A stretch of DNA of 64,000 nt from Chrysemys picta bellii. Taxonomy: Eukaryota. A program made the translations under genes and the position numbers. The stretch is taken from positions 144,212,001-144,276,000 of the forward strand of contig NC_088794.1 of assembly GCF_011386835.1 (NCBI RefSeq), given 5' to 3'. Numbering within the stretch: the first letter of the stretch is position 1; every line of letters begins with the position of its first letter. Under the pieces are notes generated by a model. The model searched no databases. It worked only from the letters and a program-made list of their open reading frames with translations, and was not told the DNA's origin. Positions 37,290-48,583 of the stretch are shown piece after piece.

Positions 37290-38225
37290 CCTCTAGCTCG
37301 GCCGTCCCTACCTATGGTGGTGCCCTACGCAGCCCGAGCACCTGCACCCCCCTGCAGGGGGAGGGGGGATTGCGCTGAAGGGCTGCAGGGCTGTGGAGGC
37401 AGGAGCTTTGGGGGGCAGCAGCAGGGCAGGGAGGCCCAGGGCAGCGTGGGGGATTAGTGGGGAGCCAGGAGGCAACAGCAGGAGTCGGGCCCGTCCCCCT
37501 GCACTCACCAGCGGCGGTGGCGGGAAGCAGAGTGACCCGGCCCCAGCCCACTCCACTTCCCCTGCTCTCAGCCCTGTCGCTTGTGGGAGGGGGCTTAGAG
37601 GAAGGGGTCAGGCCTGCCCCCACACTCACCGGCAGTGGCGGCGGGAAGCAATGCAGCTGGGAGCTGGTGGAGTGGGCTGGGGCCAGGTCACTCTGCTTCC
37701 CAATCAGCTGTTTGGCGTGGCAAGCCTGAGAGGGAGGAGAAGCGGAGCTGTGGCACGCTCGTGGGAGGAGGCAGAGCAGAGGTGAGCTGGGGCGGGGGGG
37801 CGCAGCAAGTAAGGGGGGGGTGCAGAGCAACCACTCCCCACCCCAGCTCACCTCCGCTCTGCCTCCTCCTCCTCCTCCCACGAGCACGCCGCTCAGCTCC
37901 GCTTCTCCTCCCTCCCAGGCTTGCCGCGCCAAACAGCTGATTGGTGCGGCAAGCCTGGGAGGGAGGGGGGAGAAGCGGAGCTGCGGCACGCTCGTGGGAG
38001 GAGGCGGAACAGAGGTGAGCTGGGTGGGGGGGCCCTGGGGAAGGCTGCAGCAAGTAATGGGGGGTGCAGAGGAACCACTCTCTGCTCCAGCTCATCTCCA
38101 CCTCCTCCCCTGAGCATGCCGCCGCTGCTCCGCTTCTCCCCAGCTGATTGGCGCGGCAAGCCTGGAAGGGAGGGAGGGAGAAGTGGAGCGGCGGCGGCGC
38201 GCTCAGGGAGGAGGCGGAGCCATGG
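37290..38225. repeat. GC-rich complex minisatellite-like repeat, probably internal to a DNA transposon
   Basis: cagctg(a/t)ttgg(c/t)g..gcaagcctg motif at about 37705, 37934 and 38141, with inverted sub-repeats. Confidence 0.6.
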
Positions 38226-38444
38226 CAGCACTTTAACATGGTTTGTGTAGTCGCAGCTGAGTGCTGGGAGAGCTCTCTCCCAGCGCTCTAAAAAAAACAT
38301 TTCCATGAGGGGCGTAGCTACCAGCTGGTGCACTGTCTATACCGGCGCTTTACAGCGCTGAAACTTCCTGTGCTCAGGGGTGTGTTTTTTCACACCCCTA
38401 GCAAGAAAGTTGCAGCACTGTAAAGTGCCAGTGTAGACAAGCCC
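38226..38444. mobile_element. PIF/Harbinger MITE, right part
   Basis: Ends in gtgtagacaagccc followed by TAA (38445-38447). Confidence 0.7.
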
Positions 38445-38447
38445 TAA

Positions 38448-38716
38448 GGCTTTGTCCACACTACACAGCTTTTAGTAACATGTCTGCGTTGCCACAGCTG
38501 TGCCGCTAAAAGTTGTGCAGTGTAGCCGCTGTTTGTTGGCTCTCCTGTCGACAAAAAACTTCCACCCCCAACGAGCTGGGTTAGCTTTGTCGGCAGGAGC
38601 ATGCGCATTGTTCACACTGGCACTTTTGTCTTTCGGCGAGGGTGGGCGGGGATAGGGAGGTTAACACCTCTAAAAGACAAAAGTTTTGTCGATCAGTTGC
38701 CAGCGTAGACATAGCC
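38448..38716. mobile_element. PIF/Harbinger MITE
   Basis: TIRs ggctttgtccacac / gcgtagacatagcc; TAA on both flanks. Confidence 0.85.
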
Positions 38717-39679
38717 TAAGAGGGTTAAGTCTGGCAGGCTTATTATTCCCAATCTCTCTTATCAAGGGATAACAATCAGTGTGCTGGGAGGAGAAAGCGG
38801 TCTTCCTCTGAACCCTGTTACATGGGGAATAGAGATCCCAACACACCTTGCCTTGCATTGGAGCTTTGGGTGATGAAGACCAAAATCTCATTGGCGTGTG
38901 CAACTTTAACTCTGACACAAGGATCAAAACAGTCCCCACTCCTTTATCTTCTTCTTAGGAGAGGGAAAGTAAGACATCCTGGCCTAATGCATTACAAAGT
39001 GACATCGCTGAGCTGACTGGGCCAATTCACACTTCCTTTCAAGATGTACCAAGGTTGAGTGTTAGACCTCTGGGATGATGAGCCTTCATGTCCTGTTTTT
39101 CAGAAGGAAACCTTTTACTCTCTCCATGTTACAAATCCTCAAGTAGTTAGGTCCTTGCAGCAGTAAAGAATAGTCATTTAATTGTTTTTTGTTATAGCGT
39201 CTTCTTCCCGGTCATTCTTTTTTTTAACAAGTCCGAGCGTGTCATTAGGTGTAGCTCATCTGATCCAGCCGTCTGTTTTTGCTCTGTTTCCGCTCTGCCG
39301 CTTTTCTGTTTATATTTTGCTGTCTGAGAGATTGTGTTTTGACATCCAACCTCAATCGTGTGGAGCAGGTGGAACAGCGCATTGTCATTCATCTGTCACT
39401 GCATCATTTACCTGCTTCAGTGACTTATCGATTTCCTGTTCATACCTGTTCCTGCATCTCTGAGGTTGTTTTTCCCACTCTCTGGGAAACATTTCTCACT
39501 TGCACCCCTCCTTCCTTTTCATTTACTCTGTGTAATAGTAAAAGGGAACTCTTTTTCTTTGTAGGGGGTCCCTCACTTTCCCCGGTTACTCTTCTGCCTC
39601 AACTAGAAGCTTGGCCTAAGTGTGTGTGTGTGTGGGGGGAGGGGGTCTAAGGTTCTGTCAGCATCTTTTCTATAAACCC

Positions 39680-39875
39680 TCCACCTTGAATGGCCCCTTG
39701 AAATATATGTTAACTTCTTATTCTAAACAATCTGTTCCTTCTTGTGTTTAGCTGTGATACTCTGAGTAAGTTTCCCAGACCTGAAGAAGAGCCCTTTGTA
39801 AGCTTGAAAGCTTGTCTCTCTCAAAAAGAGAAGCTGGTGCAATAAAAGCTATTACCTCACACTCCGCATCTCCTC
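39680..39875 (+). mobile_element. Penelope-like element terminus (second family) with hammerhead-like motif at 39777-39817
   Basis: agac-CTGAAGA-a-gagc...gctt-GAAA-GC-TT-gtct; followed by ...caataaaagctattacctcac. Confidence 0.7.
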
Positions 39876-39929
39876 AGCCCTGCTCAGTGTGCAGGCAATT
39901 TGGATAATGCTGCTGGAAATGCAGCTCAT

Positions 39930-40023
39930 TAGAGTGACAAGGTGGGTGAGGTAATATCTCTTATTGGACTTGCTTCTGTGGGTGAGAGAGAGAGACAAGC
40001 TTCTGAGCTTACATAGAACTCTT
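39930..40023 (-). mobile_element. Inverted partial copy of the same Penelope-like terminus, interrupted by CR1
   Basis: Reverse complement of about 39790-39875; the sequence resumes as cttcaggt at 40645-40652. Confidence 0.7.
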
Positions 40024-40647
40024 ATGAGTCAACAGTGTGGCCTTGTTGCCAAGAAGGCTAACGGCATTTTGGGCTGTATAAGTAGGGGCATTGCCAGCAG
40101 ATCGAGGGACATGATCACTCCCCTCTAATTGATATTGGTGAGGCCTCATCTGGAGTGCTGTGTCCAGTTTTGGGCCCCACACTACAAGAAGGATGTCCAG
40201 CGGAGGGTAACCAAAATGATTAGGGGGCTGCAGCACATGACTTATGAGGAGAGGCTGAGGGAACTGGGATTGTTTAGTCTGCAGAAGAGAAGAATGAGGG
40301 GGGATTTGATAGCTGATTTCAACTACCTGAAAGGGAGTTCCAAAGAGGATGGATCTAGACTGTTCTCAGTGGTAGCAGATGACAGAACAAGGAGTAATGG
40401 TTTCACGTTGTAGTGGGGGAGGTTTAGGTTGAATATTAGGAAAAACTTTTTCACTAGGAGGGTGGTGAAGCACTGGAATGGGTTACCTAGAGAGGTGGTG
40501 GAATCTCCTTCCTTAGAGGTTTTTAAGGTCAGGCTTGACAAAGCCCTGGCTGGGATGGTTTAGTTGGGGATTGGTCCTACTTTGAGCAGGGGGTTGGACT
40601 AGATGACCTCCTGAGGTCCCTTCCAACCCTGATATTGTATGATTCTT
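40024..40647 (+). mobile_element. CR1 LINE 3' fragment (sense orientation)
   Basis: ORF 40129-40413(+) contains [19 protein letters not shown]; tail gatattgtatgattct. Confidence 0.92.
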
Positions 40648-40682
40648 CAGGTAGTATTTCTGATCATAATACAAAGCAAACC

Positions 40683-40846
40683 CATAGATTCATAGATTCT
40701 AGGACTGGAAGGGACCCCAAGAGGTCATCGAGTCCAGCCCCCTGCCCGCATGGCAGGACCAAATACTGTCTAGACCATCCCTGATAGACATTTATCTAAC
40801 CTACTCTTAAATATCTCCAGAGATGGAGATTCCACAACCTCCCTAG
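40683..40846 (-). mobile_element. CR1 3' fragment
   Basis: Tail catagattcatagatt; gatggagattccacaacctccctag. Confidence 0.85.
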
Positions 40847-40966
40847 AGGTCTCTTCTGATTGGAGATGAGCAAGAATCGAAACACATCCACTTAGACTTT
40901 TGGGATGTGGATTTGGATCGGAATCCAAATATCTCCTCTCCGTACATCTGTATTGTTGGTCTCTTA

Positions 40967-41181
40967 GGGTTTGTTTTCACTACCGGGGTAAGTCCACTTA
41001 AGTCACACTACTCCAGCTACATGAATAACGTAGCTGGAGTCGACATAGCTTAGATCGACTTACCCCGGTGTCTTCACTGCACTGCGTCAACAGGAGACGA
41101 TCTCTGGTTGACTTCCCTTACTCTTCTCAGAGAGCTGGAGTACCGGGGTCGACCAGATAGCGCTCTGCCATCGATTTAGAG
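40967..41181. mobile_element. PIF/Harbinger MITE, left part, truncated at the DIRS junction
   Basis: TTA then gggtttgttttcactac TIR-like start; gtcgac-rich palindromic subterminal motifs. Confidence 0.6.
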
Positions 41182-43530
41182 GGGTTTAAGCTCTGCTCAG
41201 ACTGCAACAGGCTTATGCCTGTTAGTAACCTGCATGGCAGCTGTTTGAAGTGCCTGGGGGAATCCCATATAAAAGAGAAGTATTGCATCTGTAAAAACTT
41301 TCATCCCAGGATACAGAAAGAACGCGACATTCACTTGAGGGTCCTCCTCATGGAGGCTGCTCGTCTCCCAGGGCTTCAACTTCGGTGTGTAGCGCACATC
41401 CGGTACCGGGCTCTTCCCAGCACTGGTTCCCTTTGCTGGTGTCCAAGAAGAGGGACCCGGCACTGAGCAAGCCGGATCAAGGGGTATTGGGAAAAGGACC
41501 CTGCTTGGGCCACCTATCCACACCGGAGCTGCAAGGGGGCTCTGTTCCAGGAAGTACCCCCTTAAGGGACCCACCATCGACTCCGGGGAGCGGTAGGGGA
41601 CTCAGGCTGATGACGCAATCAACACCCTCTAAGCTCCCGGTGCCTGGGGAGCAACAAGTGCTCCTTCCATCCAACTAAAGCTCCCCACAAGGGCAAGTTG
41701 GCTGTGAGGGCCTCCCAGAAGGCGAGCGAACACCGCTGGTCTCCAGAGCCAAGGCAGAGCCTCGTGTCGCCACGCTATTGGTCTCCTCGTCAGCCCAGGT
41801 CGCTGATTCACCACTACAGGTCACCGGCACCGCATTTCCAGTCTCCGCCCTCACGCCAGGGCTCGCCTAGAGAGAGATACTGATCATCTCACAGTTGCCA
41901 CTGGTCATCTTCGCGCCAACAGTCACTGTCACTGAGGCCTCGGGGATGCTCCCCAGCTTGGCGCTGCTCCCCTACGCTCGGCACCGGTTGGATATTCCAG
42001 GCACCAGTCACCTGCAGCGATGGTTAGCCACCAGACCCAGGCTTCAATGGCCCTGCCCTGGTCTCCGGAGGAAGAGGACTTCTCCGGCATGGAGGGGGAG
42101 TTCAGTCCCTCGCCTAGACAGCAGCGTGACTGGGCTCTGGAAGGTGCATCCGCTGTGGCGACGCCAACCTGGCATCAGGGCCAGTGGCCGACACAATGGC
42201 CCTTTTGGAATGCCTGGGGCGTACTCGTTATGCCAATGGCCCAGTCCCACCAGTCCTCGGTCACCGCATCAGACAAACCTCAGTCAGCACCAGCGGCACT
42301 GATGGCACCGGGCCCGGTTTAGGACGCACTGGTGGGCGCTGTGGTGGAGGAGCAGGTGCCCACCCCGAGACCCCCTTCCCCTGAAGGGGAAGATGCTCTG
42401 GGCCCTCCCCCTGTAGTCCAATCATCCTCCCCCCTCTCCGGACGAGGCAGTGGCGGGGCCCTCCTGGGCTAGTCCACCAGATGACTTCAGAGAGCATCAA
42501 GCGCTGCTTCTCCAGGTGGCCACCAACTTGGGCCTCAAGGCGGAGGAAATGGAGGAGCAATTGGATACGCTATTGAGTGTGCTTTCCGCGTCCACCCTCG
42601 CTTGTGTCGCACTCCTGGTACATGAAGGGGTCCTGAATATTGCCAAGACCATCTGGCAAGCCCCGTTCTCCATCCTGCCCACTTCCAAGATGGCGGAAAA
42701 GAAGTATTTTGTTGGTCATATTGGCAGCCAGCGAAAAGGACAAGCAGGGGCCAGCCAGTTCTACCCCCAAAAATAAGGAGGCCAAGAGATTGGATCTTTT
42801 TGGAGGCAAGATTTATTCCATGGCCAGTTTCCAGTTCCGGGTGGCAAACCACCAGGCCCTTTTGGGGGTGCTATAATTTTAACTTGTGGGACTCCCTCAA
42901 GTTTAAGGACTCCATGTTCCAGGCGGCAGCTCAAGAGTTCGGGGCTCTGGGGGAGGAAGGTACCACGGCAGCTCAGTGCTCCCTCCAGATGGCCTGGGAT
43001 GCAACTAATTCTGCTGCCAGGGTGGTCACCTTGGTGGTGGTCATGAGGCATAATTCCTGGCTCCAGACCACCGGCCTGTCCTAGAGATGCAGGCCTCTAT
43101 GCAGGACCTCCTGTTTGACGGGGTTGGCCTGTTCTCTGACCAGACAGACGTGAGGCTACACGGCTTAAAGGCCACCCTCCGCTCACTGGGGTTGCATACT
43201 CCTCAGTCTGATGGCAGCCATGCCGACCACCCCCACTGCCAAGGAAGTGGCAGCCTCGGCAGGGACCTGCAAGCAGAAGGGACACTGGTTTTAGCCACTG
43301 CTGCCCTTCATCCTCCCGCTCACCAGCACAGCCTGGCCCGGTGAAACACTGTGGGGGGCCAGAAGCCCTCGTTTTGAGGGTGCTCTCGAGAGCGACGCAC
43401 CAGTCACCTCCCAGGATCTGCCCCACTTTTTCCTCGACCATCTCCGTCGGTTCCATTCGGTCTAGTTGAGGTTACCTCAGACTGTTGGGTGTTAAACATC
43501 GTGTCATCAGGCTACACCCTCCAGTTTTCC
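41182..43530 (+). mobile_element. DIRS1-like (tyrosine-recombinase) retrotransposon fragment: decayed ORF1/gag and start of RT ORF
   Basis: N-terminal Cys/His finger FKLCSDCNRLMP..HGSCLKCLGESHIKEKYCICK. Later motifs: QWPFWNAW, DDFREHQALL, KRLDLFGGKIYS, DATNSAARVV..RHNSWLQTTGL and QDLLFDGVGLFSDQTD. RT start TSDCWVLNIVSSGYTLQF near 43466-43528. Multiple stops and frameshifts. Confidence 0.85.
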
Positions 43531-43534
43531 AGTA

Positions 43535-43710
43535 ACTTTATACACACTAATAATATACATAGTTGGACAGAACAATGGGTTTCAGCAGATCATGGCCTTT
43601 GATATGATCCCTTACATGGCATGCTTTGTATGAAATAGCACCACCATATATGAATATATAATGATAAATATGGGGTTATAGGGTGCCATTCTGAGGTACA
43701 GTGTGTCACA
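43535..43710. mobile_element. Probable LTR end fragment
   Basis: Ends ...gaggtacagtgtgtcaCA; AT-rich segment similar in style to 52719-53787. Confidence 0.4.
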
Positions 43711-44027
43711 GGTAGCAACTTGGGTACTGCCCTATAATTTTTTTAAAAAATTACATTAATTTCAATTCACAATTTGGGCAAATGAATTTTTCTTCTTCTA
43801 ATAAAAGAATCTTACTGCTCAGGGTAGAACAAGATATTTTTCCTTTGCTATAAATCGGACAAATGGCTGTTTCTTAAAACTTCTGGATAACAAGAATGTT
43901 AGCAAATGGTAATGGAGAAGTTCTGAATACTGAAATCTTCTCCCATGAAGGTTTTCTTGAAATAAAAATGAAGGGCCAAATTCATCCTGGTGTAACTTCA
44001 TTGACACCAGTGGGGTTACAACAAGGA

Positions 44028-44135
44028 TCCATCAAGTGATCCTTCCCCTTTCGCTCATTCCCAGCTTCTGGCAAACAGAGGCTAGGGACAGCATCCCTGC
44101 CCATCCCGGCTAATAGCCATTGATAGACCTATCGT
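44028..44135 (-). mobile_element. CR1 3' UTR internal fragment (family of 33953-37245)
   Basis: gtgatccttcccc...cccagcttctggc...ggctaatagccattgatagacctatc, similar to 34075-34195. Confidence 0.7.
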
Positions 44136-44523
44136 TGTTACTATCCTGTGTCTGCCAGGTACCTGTTTCTCACTAGGAATTCTCCCCACGCCTGCTGCTG
44201 CGTCCCAGACAATCAGATGCCCCCTCTAGCTGCAGAAAATGCCCTCACCCTAAGTAATCTCTCCAAAGTGATAAGGCAAACAGATGAAAGGTGACCTGTC
44301 ATGTATATGGTACCCTCAAAGAAGGTGATGTCCCCATCCTGGCAGTGCCATTTGAGGTTCCCTCTGGGCCCTCAGTCACTCACTCTTCACCCGCCTCGTC
44401 CTCTGGGAATGGATGTGGGGCAAGGATTGGATACAGAAGGTGTACCAAGGAACCTTTTTTCAGTGCCTTCCATCTCATTTCTGTCTCTTTCAGCATGGTC
44501 ACAGCGAGGAGGTGGGAAATCTG

Positions 44524-44610
44524 ACACGGTGCCTAGCACAGTGAGTTCTTGGTCCTTGACTAGGGCTTCTAAGCGAAACTGTCACTACAACTACTACTAC
44601 TAATTAATAA
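44524..44610 (+). mobile_element. L2/MIR-type 3' tail remnant
   Basis: gtgcctagcacagtgag...gggcttctaagcg...ctactactaattaataa. Confidence 0.45.
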
Positions 44611-45675
44611 ACAATTCAGGTTTGCTGCTGTCTGGAATCTGCCTGATTTTTGTAATGACCTTAAATCCATGGGAATAATAAGGAAAGTGGATGATGCCAA
44701 AGTGAGAAACTTGAGTGAATGTTAAGCCAATCCCGGGACCTGGGCAAGGCCATTCTCCACTGGTGATGGGAAAGCTGGCCCCACGTGCTCTCTGACCACA
44801 GCACCAGCTGTTCCATAGAACAAAACTGCCTCTTCCCTCTGTGACCTACCTGTCTGCTTCCCAGCACTGCACCCGCAACACTTCCTCTGGCTGTCTGACA
44901 CAAATGCAACTGGGATCTTTTATCTGTATGACCCTGGCCATTCTCTGGCCACTCCACTAACTGATGAGAGCAGAGCTGTGCCCTTTGCGTGCGCCACAGA
45001 GAACTCTTTAGGAAGGAGAGAAGTACTCACACTTTTTTCTGTGCTGCACACTGCTGTGAGGTTTTGTGCAGTTTCGTAATGTAAAATGATCTTTGTTGTT
45101 AACCATAACATAGAGGCTGCTTGCCACTAGGAATCAGAAAGGTCCCTGGTAAAGTTACTGCAATACTGCTAGTAGACCAACCTGTGGAAAGTTATCATTA
45201 CAATTTCTAGTGATAGGTAATGTAGCTGGGGATCCTAGGTGCTCAGATAAGTATTTTGACACTTAGCTAAACCTCTCCATGTCCGGACATTCTTCCGAAA
45301 AAGTTCTAAAAGCTGTCAGGTGCTTAAGGGAATAAAAGTCCACTGGGACATGAGCTGTGACGTATCACACCTCCTGCTCTCAGCACTCCAGCTACTCATG
45401 AGCTATTCTGTATTGCTGTTCCAACTAGGTATTCTCAGCAGCCAATTAAGTTCCTTAGGGTCCCCCCCCCGCCTGTTTTAAAGCCTTCTAAAAATAACAG
45501 ATTTTATAGATCAGCGGGGTTTGATCTTTCCTGAGCCAGGGGCCTCCTGAAAGGCAAAACTTCTGTTGACATCAAAGAAGAGCAGGGTTTTTATTTTTTC
45601 ATTCATTTCAGATTCTGTCCTCTGCTACATAGGCATTGCTTCCCTTTATTTCAGTGGAGGCTGGGAATGCATACT

Positions 45676-45792
45676 CGATTGCAAGCTCCTTGGGACAGAG
45701 ACTGTCTTTGTGTTACATATATAGTGCCCAGCAAAATGGGGCGGGAATCCTTGATTGGGGCATATAGGTGCCACCACAATGCAAATAATAAC
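45676..45792 (+). mobile_element. L2-type 3' tail remnant
   Basis: gattgcaagctccttgggacagagactgtc...gtgcccagcaaaatgggg...gtgccaccacaatgcaaataataa. Confidence 0.55.
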
Positions 45793-45974
45793 AAACTAAT
45801 GAACTGAGAGGCAGGATTTGACCCAGAGACAGGGAGTGTAAAAACATAGCACTAACTTTGTAAACTAGTGTTTAATTGAAGATATAGCAGCTAAGGGTTA
45901 ACATATAAACAAAAATGTAGTCCCACTCTCTGAACAAGAAAGAGACTATATATGACCCCTCTCACTGCAGTATC

Positions 45975-46178
45975 TGGGCACCTCACAGTCTTTAACATAT
46001 TTATCCTCACAACCTTCCTATGAGGCAGGGCAGTGCTAGAATCCCCCTGTTACAGATGGGGATCTGAGGCACAGAGAGGTTAAGTAACTTGCCCACGGTC
46101 ACACAAGAAGTCTCTGGCAGAGTAGGGAATTGAACCTATGTCTTTCAAGGGCTAAACTAGTGTCCTAACCACTGGGCA
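45975..46178 (-). mobile_element. MIR/CORE-SINE
   Basis: ccccctgttacagatggggatctgaggcacagagaggttaagtaacttgcccacggtcacaca. Confidence 0.75.
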
Positions 46179-47421
46179 AAACTTCCTGTCACAGCTAAGC
46201 TCTTCCATGTTGCAGGCAGAATCTGAAAAAGATTTGGGGCCAGAATTCACTACTTTTACATTGGCCGGTGCCTAGTAAAATTCATCATGAACCTCTGCCA
46301 TACAGGCAGCTCTGGCACACTCCCTTAGTCTGTTGGTTATTGTGGCTTCCATCCTAGGCACCTGAAACCACTTTTGTTTCTTTTCTTTTACCTCTGGCGC
46401 TGTCAGAGCCCTGGGGTGCCCAATGATGTACATGAGCGCAGGGAAACATTGTCATGGTGGGGTTCACTCACTGGAGTATTCTGGGGTTTGGCTGCACATT
46501 TGCCCCTGAATGCTGGTTTGTGGGAGCATCAGGTCGGACGTGTGGATTGTCTGTCTCCTCTTGCCTCTTTTGCCCTTCCCAGCATTTGTGAAATGTGCTG
46601 TTGTTTGGAGGAAGCACTTCCTCACAGTGACTGGCAGGTGGCGCTCTTCACTACTCTCACGGGTGCTGAACAGTTTCACTAAGGAACAGTGGACAGCAGG
46701 CAATAGGATAGGGAGATTTTAAAGGCCTTTTTCAGACTGTGAACTTGCGGTAAAGGGTAGAGAAAGAAGGGGTGCAGTGTTCAGGAGCCCTCCATTTAAT
46801 AGGGATTTTTACCAGAGATTATGCCAGAAGGCTTGTATCCCCTTGATCTTTGTGACGTGATCACGAAGTGGTCATCGCAGCTTAGGGACCACATCTCTCT
46901 TTGTAACAGCTCTTTTCAGATGTGACTAGTGATTCCGGCCACTTTGATTTTTGGCTGTCCAGCTTCAGATGCTTTGCACGGGCGTGATTTTCAGAAGTGC
47001 TGTTACCTGCCCTTTGAAAGGCACCTCAGGTTGGGCTCCCAAAAATTACTAATCACTGTGAAAATTTTTGACCCTAGATCTTTTTCAGATTTGACCTCGA
47101 ATACCTATTTCGTCACCTGCTGCCCAGCTCTCCCCACCCTCCGTCAGAGCCTGGGGGAACTCTGCTAATATTCAAGTTTCTGCTGGTGTTTTCCCCCCTC
47201 ACCCAGGGGTCAGGCGGGAGGGATGGGGGTGAAGAGGAGTGAGCAGTGGGTGGGGCCTCGGGGCAGAGCGCAGGCCGAGCAGGGAAGGGAGGTGGGGCCA
47301 TGGACCGGACTCCGGGGCTCCTTCTGAGTGTGGGCCCGGCGCCATGGAGCCACTGGTGCCATGGTAAACCCGGTACTGGAACAAAACACCCACATTAATT
47401 TGTCTTTGTAACTCTCCTGTA

Positions 47422-47620
47422 AGGGATAGCTCAGTGGTTTGAGCATTGGCCTGCTAAACCCAGGGTTGGGAGTTCAATCCTTGAGGGGGCCACTTAGGGA
47501 TCTGGGGCAAAATCAGTACTTGGTCCTGCTAGTGAAGGCAGGGGGCTGGACGCCATGACCTTTCAAGGTCCCTTCCAGTTCTAGGAGATGGGATATCTCC
47601 ATTTATTTATTTATTTTATT
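47422..47620 (+). mobile_element. Turtle tRNA-derived (Pol III) SINE with CR1-like tail
   Basis: A box TAGCTCAGTGG, B box GGAGTTCAATCC; tail ggggctggac..atgacct..aggtcccttccagttct resembles the CR1 3' end at 40590-40630; (TATT)n end. Confidence 0.88.
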
Positions 47621-48583
47621 CACCTCGTGACCCACCAGGGATAAGCTCCAGCCCTGTTTATAGAGGCTGACTGTTTTGGTGTGAGCTCATTCAATATGGC
47701 AGTGAAAGTTCTTGTCATTGATTTGAAAGGACAGGAAAAGCAGAAGGACAAAGCCACCAGGGGGATGAAATACTCCTGCCTTTTTCCTATCAAGGTAATG
47801 AGAATCTAAGGGGCTGATGGTACCCTGAAGTTCTATTCAGTACTCTGCATGGCGTAATTGTTCTTAGGAATGATCTTTACGCTAAATCCAAATAGCGCAT
47901 CACTTGCATAAAGTTCTGGAATTGAATAAAACTCTTCAAAGTGAAATTGTCTCATCTGAAGATCTGAAAAGCAATGTAGCCTTTTAAACCAAATCCCTGA
48001 TGATATTGTGTCATGCACCAGTCTTTGATACTAATGCAGCACGGCACTCCGAAGCCTTGTCAACTGTAATGTCATTCTCATCTCTGAAATATTAAGTAGA
48101 GGGAGGAACTCAAAAACCAATGAATTCAAAACGTGGGTGTCCCCCCCACCCAAAGCAACGTCCTTTCCAAAAGTTATTCCATCTCGGTTACTAGTTCACT
48201 CCTGGACCCAGACCTGTTCAAGTGTAAACGCATCCTGTAGCAGGGGAAAGCAGAGCCATGTTAAATAAGGTACAGCTCTCAGGGTCGTGATAAGTATTTG
48301 AGTTTTCCAGCCTTATCTAAGCTGAGCTGCTCCAGCTAACTGCCAAGGCAGTAGTATACGTGGGACAGTTCTGAGTCCAAATGACTCACCTGTTAGGAGT
48401 ATCCAAATGGCAAACGTGGATTTTTCCTAGAATGTTTCTTTTTAACACAGGCTGAGGCCTACTGACTAGAATACACCTCCAGATGTACAATGACTGTCTT
48501 CCACTCTGATTACGTCTGTAGAGCAGTTTGTAACAGATCAAAGTGAGCTTTATGTAAATGATAAACTAGAGTGATATTATGTA

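Noticed and set aside
37312-38333. ORFs up to 225 aa on both strands
   Set aside because: Products of the GC-rich repeat, with repeated peptide units in all frames.
20531-40647. CR1-driven circRNA of exons 3-4
   Set aside because: The intron-2 copy is short and from a different subfamily, and closer partners within intron 4 would compete. Too weak to report.
44961-44995. CTGATGA hammerhead-core hits here and at about 61776
   Set aside because: No stem II followed by GAAA and no stem I pairing.
47422-47495. tRNA gene (also at about 48590-48655)
   Set aside because: The tRNA-like head runs into a CR1-like tail with no clean acceptor stem or Pol III terminator, so these are SINEs.
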